64,000 bases of DNA from the human T2T-CHM13v2.0 reference genome, Homo sapiens, in assembly GCF_009914755.1 (NCBI RefSeq), contig NC_060942.1. One strand, 5' to 3'. Position 1 is the stretch's first letter, and the number at the start of each line of letters is the position of its first letter. Below the pieces are notes generated by a model, which searched no databases, was not told the origin of the DNA, and worked only from the letters and a program-made list of their open reading frames with translations. Of this stretch, positions 1 to 17,412 are shown in pieces. The position numbers and the translations under genes were made by a program.

Positions 1-819
1 CTGGGCTTGTAGGGCATTGTTCAGGGACACAGGAAGCCGCACCTGCGCTGGGGCGTACGCAGGGCAGGCAAAAATGACATAACTGTAACCATGGGCTCTG
101 AAAGCCCTACGCTTGGGCTGCACTGGCCACAGCTCACCTCCTCTAGAGCTTCATAGAACGCACACGCTTGCAAACCCACAGGCGCGCTGATAAACCTCAG
201 GGCTTCCCCCAGGGTCTCACCAATCCTCTATTGACAGCTGTGGCTGGAGAACCTCCACGCAAGCCAGAATGTGGGAAGATGGCCCGGTGGGTGGAGTGGG
301 GGTGAGGACAGCAGGGGAGCCAGTCCAGGGGTGCTTTGTCTCAGCGGGAACTGTGCGGAGTTTGTCAGTGCCCGGTAACTGTCGTGTCGCCTGCCCCCTG
401 GTGGCCGCGGGCGCACACCGCTCTCCCCAGGCCTTCCTGCACCGCCTCCTGATAGAGATGGGGCCATCTGGGGAGCAAACCGTGCCGGGAGCCAGTGTTG
501 CCTGCAGAAACCACTGGGCACGAGAGCCTCCTCCCTGGACAGTGCAGAGGGTCTTGCCCCTGGAAACGCACAGGAGACGACCTTTGCTGTCTTTTGGCTT
601 GAAATAACCTCCGGCTGTATTTCTACATTGGCTCCAAAGACACACGTTTCAGCCTCTGGAAAAGCAGGAGCGTTTGCTTACCCAGGGTCACTGTCGGATT
701 CAGTGCTGGTCATGGGTGTCGTCCTCTGTTCCTGTGCTGGCCTCTGAACAATGCAGAAAAGGAAGGAAAAAGTGACCAGACAGTCAATCTTTGCTGCCCT
801 AGTTTTTCATTTTTAAAAA

Positions 820-1320
820 TTATGATGCCATATTTGCACACCCACTTTCATAGCAGCACTATTCACAGTAGTCAAGAGGTGGAAGCAGCCTAGATACCCA
901 TCGATGGGTGGATGCATGATCACCACGTACTGCATGCATGCAACGGAATATTATTCAACCGTCAAAAGGAAGGAAATCCTGAGACAAGCTGCATCATGGA
1001 TGAAACTTAAAGACATCGTGCTAAGTGAAATGAGCCAGACACAGAAGAACAAATACTGTGTGATTCTACTTACATGAGGTACCCAGAGTGGTCCAATTCA
1101 AAGAGACAAAATACAAGCATGGTGGCCAGGGCCTGGGAAGGGGGTGGTGGAAGTTGCTGTTTAATGGGTGCAGAGTTTCAGTTTGGGATAATGAAAAAGT
1201 TCTAGATATCTGTTACATAGCAGTATGAATACACTTAACGCTACTGACCTGCACACTTAAAAATGGCTAAGATGGTAAAGTTTATGTGTTTTTTTACCAC
1301 AATTAAACATTTTAAAAATT
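820..1320 (+). mobile_element. Old L1M (L1MB-like) 3' end
   Basis: Typical L1M 3' motifs (catagcagcactattcacag..., gctaagtgaaatgagccagacacagaag..., acacttaaaaatggctaagatggt). Confidence 0.8.
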
Positions 1321-1389
1321 ATTTTTTAAATATGATAACTATTGACTATTCTCTTTTTGCAGCATTATTTATTTTATATTTTACATTCT

Positions 1390-5890
<4,501 letters not shown>

Positions 5891-5900
5891 CCTTTTTTTT

Positions 5901-7201
5901 AAAAGAACTCTTCCCTCTCCCCCTCCCCCTCCCCCTCTCCCTCTCCCCTTTCTTTCTTCAGACTCCCTCTGTCGCCGAGGCTGGACTGTACTGCCGTGAT
6001 CTCAACTCGCTGCAACCTCCCTGCCTCGGGCTCCCGTGATTCTCCTGCCTCGGCTAACCGAGTGCCTGGGATTGCAGGCACGTGCCGCCATGCCTGACTG
6101 GTTTTTTGCGTTTTTGGTGAAGATGGGGTTTCGCCGTGTTGACCGGGCTGATCTCCAGCTCCTGACCTCGAGTGATCTGCCTGCCTCGGCCTCCCAAGGT
6201 GCTGGGATTGCAGACGGAGTCTCGCTCACTCAGTGCTCAATGTTGCCCAGGCTGGAGTGCAGTGGCGTGATCTCTGCTCGCTACAACCTCCACCTCCCAG
6301 CCGCCAGCCTTGGCCTCCCAAAGTGCTAAGATTACAGCCTCTGCCCGGCCCCCCCGTCTAGGAAGTGAGGAGCGCCTCTGCCCCGCCGCCCCGTCTGGGA
6401 GGTGAGAAGCGCCTCTGCCCGGCTGCCCCGTCTGGGAGGTGGGGAGCGCCACTGCCTGGCCGCCCCGTCTGGGAGGTGGGGAGCGCCTCTGCCAGACTGC
6501 CCCATCTAGGAAGCGAGCGCCTCTGCCCGGCTGCCCCGTCTGGGAGGTGGGGAGCGCCTCTGCCCGGCTGCCCAGTCTGGGAGGTGAGGAGCGCCTCTGC
6601 CCGGCCGCCCCATCTAGGAAGTGAGCACCTCTGCCCGGCCGCCCCGTCTGGGTGGTGTACCCAACAGCTCTGAAGAGACAGCGACCATCAAGAACGGGCC
6701 ATGATGACGATGGTGGTTTTGTAGAAAAGAAAAGGGGGAAATGTGGGGAAAAGAAAGAGAAAACAGATTGTTACTGTGTCTGTGTAGAAAGAAGTAGACA
6801 TAGGAAACTCCATTTTGTTCTGTACTAAGAAAAATTCTTCTGCCTTGGGATGCTGTTAATCTGTAACCTTACCCCCAACCCCGTGCTCTCTGAAACATGT
6901 GCTGTGTCCACTCAGGGTTAAATGGACTAAGGGCGGTGCAAGTTGTGCTTTGTTAAACAGATGCTTGAAGACAGCATGCTCGTTAAGAGTCTTCACCACT
7001 CCCTAATCTCAAGTATCCAGGGACACAAACACTGCGGAAGGCCGCAGGGCCCTCTGCCTAGGAAAACCAGAGAACTTTGTTCACGTGTTTATCTGCTGAC
7101 CTTCTCTCCACTATTATCCTATGACCCTGCCACATCCCCCTCTCCGAGAAACACCCAAGGATGATCAATAAATACTAAAAAAAAAAAAAAAAGAATTCTT
7201 C
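5901..7201 (+). mobile_element. Full-length SVA retrotransposon (old SVA_A/B type)
   Basis: CCCTCT hexamers from 5913, Alu-like part to about 6340, short GC-rich VNTR about 6340-6655, SINE-R to AATAAA 7167 and polyA. TSD AAAAGAA(C/T)TCTTC at 5901 and about 7189, after a T-run (L1 endonuclease site). Confidence 0.95.
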
Positions 7202-9555
7202 ACAATTATGTCTATATAATTACACAGAAGTAACTGAAGAGCATTCTGAGCTGATATTGAAAGATAACTAATCAATTAATACCTTATATTGGTAATACAT
7301 GCATGTGGTTTTAATTGAAATTAAAAGGTACAAAATTCAAAAAGTACGAAAGATCACAGGAAAAATCTCAATTTCCTTTCCATTTCTGTTTCATATCCCC
7401 AGTGCCATCCACTAAGGCAAATGCTGTGGGCAGTTTTCTGAGAAACTTAAAAAGCCGGACTCCACAAAACCAAATATTGAGGTTCTGGTTGAGGCCTGAG
7501 AGTCTGGGAGTTTTGTGTGTCCATGTGTGTTAAAGGTGCAAATACGAGGTGGGTATTGCAAACAACTCCAGCTCATTCTCAGGGACTCACCTGAGACATT
7601 ATAAGCAGTGCCTCAGAATTCTTACAAGGCCTTATTTAATTCTCTCTTTCCATCTTATGTAGGTAAAGAGAAACATTGTACGACTGAGTTTGAAGTTCAC
7701 ACATAATGTGAGGTGGTAAGCTTGTTTCTTTTGTTTTTCTTCTTTCTATTTTGTCAATATTTGTAGACCAACCCATCAGATTCCATGCCCTGTAGGAGCA
7801 TCAGAAATTGCAAATTTAAGAGGAAAAAGTGGAGGAGCTCAGGAAGACAATAATGAGGATACATTGTTTACTCGGTAAAAATTACTGCACTAGAGCATCC
7901 ATGGTGAACACAGTTAGTGGGTTTTTGAATTTTTTCTGTCCTTTAAGCAGTTTTCATCTAGTCACATGATCCTTGGGGTTCTGTCATTTCAGGTTGTCTT
8001 TAATTATGAAGTGGAAAGGAGGGGAATGCCTTTCTCTTAGCCAATCCTGGGTGTCATATAATAATAAGGGAGAGAAGATTCTGGTTGCATTAACACGATT
8101 TTTATGAGAGCTTCCCTTTCTCTGAATGTTGGCTATTGAATCCAGGTATGTCACTTCATGACTATGCTGCTATTTCAGAAAGTGTAATCGCCTGAAACAC
8201 GTGCTCCACTTAGGGCTCTAACATAAATCCCTCGAAATGCCGAAACTTCGCCTTTTCCAAACAAGTCATTTTTCTTCTGGCCCCAGGGCTGCAGTCAGAG
8301 CTCGGCCTGCCCCACCTAAGAAGACAGGGTTGGCGGCCGCAGTAGCTCACGTCTGTAATCCAGGCCCTTTGGGAGGCCGAGGCGGGTGGATCACGAGGTC
8401 AGGAGTTCAAGATTAGCCTGACCAAGATGGTGAATCGCCGTCTCTACTAAAACTACAAAAATTATCCAGGCGCAGTGGCAGGCACCTGTAATCCCAGCTA
8501 CTCAGGAGGCTGAAGCAGGAGAATCACTTGAACCCAGGCCGCAGAGGTTGCAGTGAGCCGAGATCGCACCGCTGCACTCCCGCCTGGGTGACAGAGTGAG
8601 ATTCTGTCAAAAAAAAAAAGGAAGGCAGGGTCGGCCCTCAGACCCACTCCCCATCCCGTGGTGTGCTGAAGGGGGCCCTGGCACCAGGTCACTGTGCTCT
8701 GCTGGGGCCTCTCAAACCACGGCCATGCCAGGGAGGAGGCAGCGTTGAGCAGCCACTGGCTCTTTCTGGTCAGGGCCACCCCACCCAGCAGGGTCAAAAG
8801 AGGACCATTTCCATGAGCTGAAGGGAGGCACCAGGGAGGGCAGAGGCTGGAGCTCCAGGCTGGAGGTGAAGATGGCAAAACCCGGGCATGAGGAACAACG
8901 ACGCAAAGCCAGCCGGGTGCAGAGCCGCCGCAACCCCACAGCCGCCACCAACCTCCTTCCTGCCCTTTCTGCACGAGACCTGCCGACTGAGTGGACCAAA
9001 TACACACCAGGGGTGCCGCGGCTGCCAGAAACGGTTCTCGGAAGTGGAATTGGTGGAGGAAAGGTGAGGCTCATTTGTTCAAGTTTTGATACATATTTAC
9101 CCAATTACTTTCCAAAGAGTGGAGCAGGTGATCCTCCCATCAGCAGTAAGAGTACAAATTCCTGTTTCGTTGCACCCTCCCCAACATGGCTGGGTTCTTT
9201 TAAACAAGCTTTACCAAACGGACAGGCAAAAGGCGGCATCCAGGGACTGTTTTATTTCCCTTTGATTATCCGTCATCCTGGACATTTCCTCAAGGGCAAT
9301 TCTCACCAGCCATTTCCATCCGTTTTTCTGTTTTTCTATTGTTTGAAAAGGTAAGTTTCTGAATAAGGTTGGAAGGAAGGCATAAACCGCAGTTATTACA
9401 TTATCATTAGTATGATGTTGATGTCATAGAAAGGGGAAGGAGAGCACTGTAGAGACACCGTCCAGCCAAGCTTCATGGTCAGCACAGGGAAAGGGGCTGC
9501 ATACATGGAGGAAAGAGAAGCAAGGCGGGATCTATTGAAATTTTAAAATACACAG

Positions 9556-10285
9556 CTTTGCAGACGCCGCTGCCTCCCAGAGTCCCCTGCCATCAGCCAT
9601 GGTCAACCCCACCGTGTTCTTTGACATTGCCATTGGTGGTGAGCCCTTGGGCTGGTCTCCTTCCGAATATTTGCGGACAAAGTTCCAAAAATAGCAGAAA
9701 ACTTTCATGCTCTGAACCCTGAAGAGAAAGAATTTGCCTATGAGGGTTCCTGCTTCCACAGAATTATTCCAGGTCTTGTTGCCAGGCTGGCGACTTCACA
9801 GGCCATAATGACACTGGCGGCAAGTCTGCAGGGAGAAAATTGATGACAAGGACTTCATCCTGATTCATCTGGGTCCTGGTGTCTTGTCCATGGCAAATGC
9901 TGGACCTAACACAAACAGGTCCCAGTATCTCACCGGCGCAGCCAGGACTGAGTGGGTGGCAAGCACGTGGTCTTTGGCAAGGTGCATGGACACGGTGGAA
10001 GCCACGGAGCGCCTGGGCCCAGGAATGGCACGACCAGCAGCGGATCACCACTGCCGACTGTGGACAGCGCTAACGATTTGACTTGTGTTTTCTCTTAACC
10101 ACCGGCGCACTCCTTCTGTAGCTCAGGAGCGCCCCCTCCACCCCATTGCTCACAGCGTCCTATCATCTTTGTGCTCCCGCTGCAGTTCTTTGGCTTCCAC
10201 AGTTTTCTTACTTCCCTCCATATTTAGCTGGACTGCACTTTATGGTTATGAAATAAAAACGAAATAACAAAATAAATAAATAAAT
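9556..10285 (+). pseudogene. Processed pseudogene of PPIA (cyclophilin A)
   Basis: Intronless. ATG 9599 [18 protein letters not shown], then frameshifted ...[14 protein letters not shown]...[10 protein letters not shown]...LSMANAGPNTNRSQY, stop 10071-10073, 3'UTR, AATAAA and A-rich tail. Confidence 0.95.
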
Positions 10286-11391
10286 GAAATATACATACCC
10301 TAAAACCCACCAATTCCACTTCTTGGTATTACCCCCAGCGAGGCACCCACGGAGACAGGATGCATGCGAGCATGCTCAGGAGAGCACTGTGGATGCCAAG
10401 GACCAACTGGAAACAGCGCAGAGGGCAGCAAGAGGGAGATGTTCGCTGTGATGCGCTGTACACCTGCCGGGAACTCCAGGCAGTTACAACAGCGGGGCAG
10501 TCCCCGTGCCCGGGGACAGGAAGAGCTACACACTGTTGGGTGAGAAAGCAAGCTGTGAACATTCCGTGGAATATGATACCGCTGTGCAAACCACCCACAG
10601 TGCAGAATCCCACTTGTGATGTGTGGGTATCACCCACAGGACAAGGCACTGGAGGATTCAGAGCGAGCTGAGGACGGGGCAGGAGAGGGGCAGGATTGGA
10701 GGCCATGATCCCAGAAGATTTTGCCTTCTCCACAACGTTTACATAAAAATCATTAATAATGACACAGTATTTATCTATTACTTATAGAGTTAAGATGTTA
10801 AAACCTTTCTGGAAGATCAGGACATTTTGTATGGAGAGCCTGGGGCTGGTGTCTTGGACGTGCTGCTGTTGACGCTGACACACCCATTGCACGAAGCAGA
10901 GTCTGCTCTGCCCTCCTGCCCAGTTGGGAAAGTCCTGGAATTAGCTCTGAACACAGGCTTCTTTGGCCACTTTTTTTGGACAGAAAAACACATATAGAAG
11001 TCAGTGAAAAGAACATCACCTTTGTTCCTATATTTGGAAGGAAAATAAACATCCAAGCCCAGCAACAGCCACAACCAAAACAAGTGTCCGGAGTGCCCAG
11101 CTTGTTAATAGCACAAAGCACTGAAGGGTCGGCTGCAGCCTGCAGAGACCATGCCTCCCCTCAGAGCAGGCTTCCCAGCCTGTGGCACAGGGGACCCCCA
11201 GAGTGTGAGCACAATGTCGCTGGGTTATATGAGTCTTTTCGGAGAGAAGGGCTATCACTCTCATCAGACGTTTCAGGGATTTTGAGCCCCAAAAGGTTAA
11301 GAATCAATGTATGGGGGCCCCATTAAATATTGTAGGCATGAAATAATACAAGATTGAGTTTTGTTAAATTTTATTTTATTTTGTTTTTTAG

Positions 11392-11553
<162 letters not shown>

Positions 11554-12832
11554 TAGAAATGGGGTTTCACTATGCTGCCCAGGCTGGTCTCAAACTCCTG
11601 GCCTCAAGAGATCCTCCTGCCTTGGCCTCCCAAAGTGCTAGGATTACAGGTGTGAGTCACCACGCCCAGCCTGCCACATTGAGTTTTTATTGTAAGCTGC
11701 CCAAGAAATCAAGAAATTCTTAATGTCTACTCCAGAATTAAAAGGATCTTTTGCTTTTCACCTAGTTGGACAAGCAATTGTCTACACTGAGTTTCCTCAC
11801 ACAAGTTTCCTCACACAAGTTTCCTGACTGCCCTCACCCTTTGCAACCTTGGGTACCAACTCTGAAACCTAGGACCTGCACTTCAAATCAGGCATTGCTG
11901 AGGGCAGGTGAATTTCAACTCCTCCTGTTCGGAATGTGCTGCAGCTGCCCTCTCAAATTCAGCTCTCTGCATACATGACAGCATACACGACAGATGCAGA
12001 GAGCCGGATTTCCCTGTTTATGGTTATTCTGTGTGTGGAACTGAGGCTTGGAATTGGAACACCGAGGAGAGATGGCACCCTGACTTCCTGCGTAATCTTT
12101 CCCACACCACAGGGCTCACCAGCCCTGGGCCATCAAGTGTGAACCCACTAAAGCCCCATCTGCTGCCCTGGCCCTTCTGCCTACAAACCCACTCACTTTC
12201 CTAACGGGCACGCCTGACCTCATTAGTTAACAATGTGAAGAAAGACATCTTAGTCGACTGCAAGCAATGCTCCTCAATTTTGTGAAAATTCCACCTTAGT
12301 TTTTTGCTGTAACCCAGCTCATGGCCAAGGCATCGTTGCATAGATTTGAGACACTAGAAATCAAACCTGAACTGCCGGAAGTGCAGATGCCCAGGCAGAC
12401 CTCCTGGTCAGGCTTCAAATCCCACCTTCCACACCTGTTCCTGGGAGATGAAGTTTGTACCCATGGTCATCTGTCCCTCTGCCACTCCATTCAGATGTGT
12501 CCACGTCTCCATGGCCCCTCCATCCAAGAGAAAGCAACACACATGTGCAACCAGGAAACATACAAAAGTGCCTTGCAGCCTTGTGGATCCTTACCGGCCA
12601 GATAGCCATGGGCTGTGGAATGGAACATAAATATCACACAATGCAGTTTTCCTTGGCAGCAAAAATGAGCAAACAAATAACATACATAATAAAATGAATA
12701 ATTTCACAGGCAAAATGAAGAGTGAACAAAACCAGGCACAAATGAGAACACCCTGCGTGATTCTATTTATACAAAGTTCAAGAATACGCAAAATGAACCT
12801 GTTGTAATGGAAGGCAAAACAGTGTGATCTCC

Positions 12833-13565
12833 CAATGAGATACCATCTCACACCAGTTAGAATGGCAATCATTAAAAAGTCAGGAAACAACAGGTGCTGG
12901 AGAGGATGTGGAGAAATAGGAACACTTTTACACTGTTGGTGGGACTGTAAACTAGTTCAACCATTGTGGAAGTCAGTGTGGTGATTCCTCAGGGATCTAG
13001 AACTAGAAATACCATTTGACCCAGCCATCCCATTACTGGGTATATACCCAAAGGATTATAAATCATGCTGCTATAAAGACACATGTACACGTATGTTTAT
13101 TGCAGCACTATTCACAATAGCAAAGACTTGGAACCAACCCAAATGTCCAACAATGATAGACTGGATTAAGAAAATGTGGCACATATACACCATGGAATAC
13201 TATGCAGCCATAAAAAATGATGAGCTCATGTCCTTTGTAGGGAGGGACATGGATGAAATTGGAAATCATCATTCTCAGTAAACTATCGCAAGGACAAAAA
13301 ACCAAACACCGCATGTTCTCACTCATAGGTGGGAATTGAACAATGAGAACACATGGACACAGGAAGGGGAACATCACACTCTGGGGACTGTGGTGGGGTG
13401 GGGGGAGGGGGGAGGGATAGCATTAGGAGATATACCTAATGCTAAATGACGAGTTAATGGGTGCAGCACACCAGCATGGCACATGTATACATATGTAACT
13501 AACCTGCACATTGTGCACAGGTACCCTAAAACTTAAAGTATAATAATAATAAAATAAAATAAAAT
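12833..13565 (+). mobile_element. 5'-truncated primate L1 (L1PA2/3-like), ORF2 end plus 3'UTR
   Basis: MFIAALFTIAKTWNQPKCP ORF2 C-terminus, G-rich 3'UTR tract, A-rich tail, perfect 16-bp TSD AAACAGTGTGATCTCC (12817-12832, 13566-13581). Confidence 0.93.
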
Positions 13566-15605
13566 AAACAGTGTGATCTCCAGTGTGGGGTGGGTGGTAC
13601 GGCCTTGAAGGGGCAAAGGGAGCCTAATGGGCACTGCAAATATTCTGTCTTGATCCAAGCAGTTTATGAACATAAACATTCACACAAAGATCTGTGCATT
13701 TTCGCAGATGCACATTATTCTGCAGTACAATTGTTCTTAATTTTTTAAAGCCCAGCATGAACCAACTGGTAGCCCAAGGGCAAGGAGCAGCCCGTGGGGC
13801 AGCCTCCTGAGCACAGGGCTGGACAGAGAGGGCGGGGGAATGGACCTGGTGGAGAGCTAACCAGTGAGATGCTCAGAAAATGCTTGCTGAGTGGGACAGC
13901 AATCATTTACACCTTAGTATAAATAACTATAGAAAGTTTTTTCAAACAGGGAGGCTGGAAGCTATACGGAAATAGGAGGACACTTGGCTTTGGCAAATAG
14001 CAGAGCAAATTGAAATAAATTATTTGCCTTACTGACCATTCTGCTGAAGATGCCCTGGCTATGTGTTTAACGGTGTTTGGATTAGTCCTCTTCCAGTGCT
14101 TGATGGTTCACAATGTATTTCAAAAGCATTACCTCACTCGACTCTCACTGCACCCCACTGAAACTTGGTAAAAAGTGCATGTCATCAGGGATCAGTAGGA
14201 ATAAAGAAACTGAAGCTCAAAAAGGAAAGTTCCCACAGTGACAGAATTTGAAAGTAGCAAGGCCAAAGTTCAGGGATGATTGTTTCCTCCACCAAAAAAA
14301 ACAAAAACAGAAATTGGATTAGAAACTGGAGTTTCTTTGAACCCTAAGCACCGATGTTTATAACGTATTGCGGTAAGTGGGAATCAATTTCTGTTTCAGG
14401 CACGCGCTCTTGGCTAGGAGTAGGGAGTGGAGCCGTTCATTGCTGTCGTGGTCAGTCCCACTCACGCTGCTGGAGCTGACCAGGCCGGCCCTTCCCTCAT
14501 GGCATTTGAGTCTCACACACCCTGTGAGACAGACAGGCCGCTGCCCTGTGACAGATGAAGATCTGAGGCTTGGGGTAGTTATGTGACTGGCCCAAGGTCA
14601 CCCAGCTAGAGGAGGCAAAACCAGGCTAGGAACCTAGGTCTCTGCACTCCAGAGCATGGGCTGTGCCCAGCACATGCTGAGACTCGGGGAGTGGGGAGGC
14701 ATCCATACTTTGGAGAAAGAGCAGAGCCCACTGTGGCATCACCCCACAGATACTGCTGGGAGCCGAGGGAAGGCAATGCTGAGGTCCCTCCCTGAGGGTG
14801 TGGGTGTCAGGTGGAGCCCACTGTTCACAGCTGCACAGGCTCTGTGACAACAAACATTTGGTGAATTGAACTAAAAAGCTGGGTTCCCAATCCTGGTTGC
14901 CCGGGCACAGAGTAGTTGTTGAACATGGATGAATGAAACCTGTCGAGTGAGAGTGGAATGAATTTGTGTGCTGGAGACGAGAATATGCTGGAAGGCATAT
15001 GTCTTCTCCATCATCTGTTGGGTTTGCAGCCAAGTCCCCTGGAGCTCAGTCTGCCCTCTGCCCTCTCCCACCTCTCCCCACCACCCTCCTAGCGCAGCAC
15101 TCCAGGATTCCCACTCAGCAGCAGGGCAGTGACCGACTTTTACTCCCAGCCTGAAGATCTGCATGAGAACCAATGCACACCAGGGCTATGCTGCCTCCGT
15201 GACCAAGTGGTCCCCAGGGCCTGGTCTCACCACCATCTCCGCTTCCACCACAGACTTGCTCCCATCCAGGATTCCTCATCTCTCCAGTCTCCCAAGCTCA
15301 AAACCCCAGGGTGATCTCCTGCTGGGTCCCTTCTGCCATCGCCATGGCCTGGAAATGTTTGCTAGTCCCCACCCCACCCCCATGTCCACACTCAGTGCCC
15401 AGGTCTTTATTTTTATTTTGTTAGAAGTGATAATGTCACTATGGTTATGTATGAGATCATGTCCTTGTTTCTCCAGAGATGCAAGCTAAAGGATTTAATT
15501 TGGAAGGGTTCAAATTCAAATATAAAGAACAAAGAAATATGTCAAAATGTTAACAGTGGTTGAATCCAGGGGCTGGGTGTAAGTGTGCTCATTGTACTGT
15601 TCTCT

Positions 15606-15606
15606 C

Positions 15607-15645
<39 letters not shown>

Positions 15646-15665
15646 ATATATAGATAGATAGATAT
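15606..15665. repeat. (CTAT)n microsatellite followed by inverted (ATAG)n
   Basis: Seen directly, next to the tail of an antisense AluJ at about 15680-15982. Confidence 0.9.
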
Positions 15666-17374
15666 ATACACACAAACAGATTTTTTTTCTTTCTTTAGAG
15701 AGAAAGTCTCACTCTGTTGCCCATATTGGAGTGCAGTGACATGATCACAGCTCACTGCAACCTCAAACTCCTGGGCTCAGGTGATCCTCCCTCCTCAGCC
15801 TCCTGAGTAGCTAGCACTACAGGTGCTCGCCGTCATGCTTGGCTAATTATCGTTATTTTTGTGTAGAGATAGTAGTCTCACAGTGTTACCCAGGCTGGTC
15901 TCAAATTCCTGGCTTCAAGCCATCCTCCTGTTTTGGCCTCCCAAAGTACTGGGATTACAGATGTAAGCCAGTACCCTCAGCCCTGTTCTTTCTATGTATC
16001 TCTATATTTGAACTTTTTCACAATAAAAAGGTTAGAGGTAAGTTGACCTGAATTGATTGGACCCATTTTCTCATCCATCACATTGGGGCTGTGAGTGGGA
16101 GGGGCAGTGAATGACCTCCTAAAGCTGTGTCCGCTCAGTGCCTCTGGGGGAAGCTGCCCCCTGTGAGCCTGGAGCTGGGTGTTCCCAGCAGGCGGAGTCC
16201 TTGACTCTGGAAGGCAATTGCCTTTGGCTTCAACAGTCCTGCAAGTCACAAGGCTTGTTGACCACTGTGACCCTTTCTGAGAGCCAGCGGAGGAAGAGGG
16301 CGGGCATAGGGTCAGGTCTTAAGAGATCAGGTCAGTCTGCTCAAACCAGGTGGGCTCAGGAGGAGCCGGCGAGGGTCCCGCTGCAGCTCCCGAAACGCTG
16401 TTTCCAGGCAGCAGTCAGCAGTTGGGCACGAGAGGATATCCTAGCAAGCCTCCATCCCAGAAAGTTACACCTCTTACTGCCCGAGTCCCACCCCTCAACA
16501 CTGAGCCCACCTCTTCAGTCCTGTAGTGAGGGGTTCTGGGAACCCCTTGTAACTGCCCGCCTTCCTCGGAGGTCTCAGAGGCCCTAATTGCGTCTTCCGA
16601 TGGGAACAACCATGAGAGCAGGGTGTGGACGGAAGTCCCCCAGCCCCAGCGGGGTTCACTCTTTGCCTCCTCACTCTGCGAGGGTCCCTTACTACAGCTA
16701 AAAGGCAATTCATGCAGTCCAAAGGTTCCTTTCCCCTCCCGTTCTGCATGCCCTTCTCACTGTCCCCAAATGCTCATGACATGGCCTTGAGAGCAGCGCA
16801 GCGGGCAGGAAGCCCAGGCGCCTCGGAGAACCTGAAGGGCTGCAGGTCCCGGTGTCTGCGGCAGCTTCCGCATCCCTGCAGGGAACCAGCGGCTCGCTGA
16901 GCCTGGGGCTGGGCTCTGGGGGACTCCAGAGCTGGAGGCAAGTGGCGCTCACATCCGTCTCCTCACCTGCCCCACCCGTGGCCTGGGTTTAAAATCCACA
17001 CACCCGTCTTTCCGCGGCCAAAGTGATGCTGCCAGGATTGGTTATGACCCCAACTGCCCCGACCCCCAGAAGTGCAAAACGAACAGGCTGGCAAGTGACC
17101 AAAAGAGACCCGGGGAGCATCTGGGCTTCCAAGGTCCTCGGTACGGCCCAAGGCAGCGAAGGACGCGCGGCTCCAGGCTGCGGGAGCCAGGGACGACCGG
17201 GGGCTCCCAGAGCGCGAAGTCGCGATCCTCGGCGGTGGAGAGCTCGTGCCAAAACGTCCTCCCCTGCGCCAGTCAGGCCTTCGCGGGGCTGGCAGGCGGG
17301 CGGGGGCGGGGCCGCCGCACTTTAAGAGGCTGTGCAGGCAGACAGACCTCCAGGCCCGCTAGGGGATCCGCGCC

Positions 17375-17412
17375 ATGGAGGCCGCCCGGGACTATGCAGG
17401 AGCCCTCATCAG
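17375..17412 (+). CDS. CIDEA: CIDEA coding exon 1 (MEAARDYAGALI-R, phase 2)
   Basis: Strong Kozak gccATGg at 17375. The peptide is the known CIDEA N-terminus. The exon ends AG|GCGAGT (GC donor) and joins exon 2 in frame. Confidence 0.96.

Noticed and set aside
8866-9354. 162-aa ORF with a donor-like AAG|GTGAGG near 9064
   Set aside because: The 3' half resembles antisense L1M sequence; no recognisable protein.
16305-16335. PPAR response element from GGGTCA/AGGTCA half-sites
   Set aside because: No clean DR1 spacing; cannot be supported from sequence alone.
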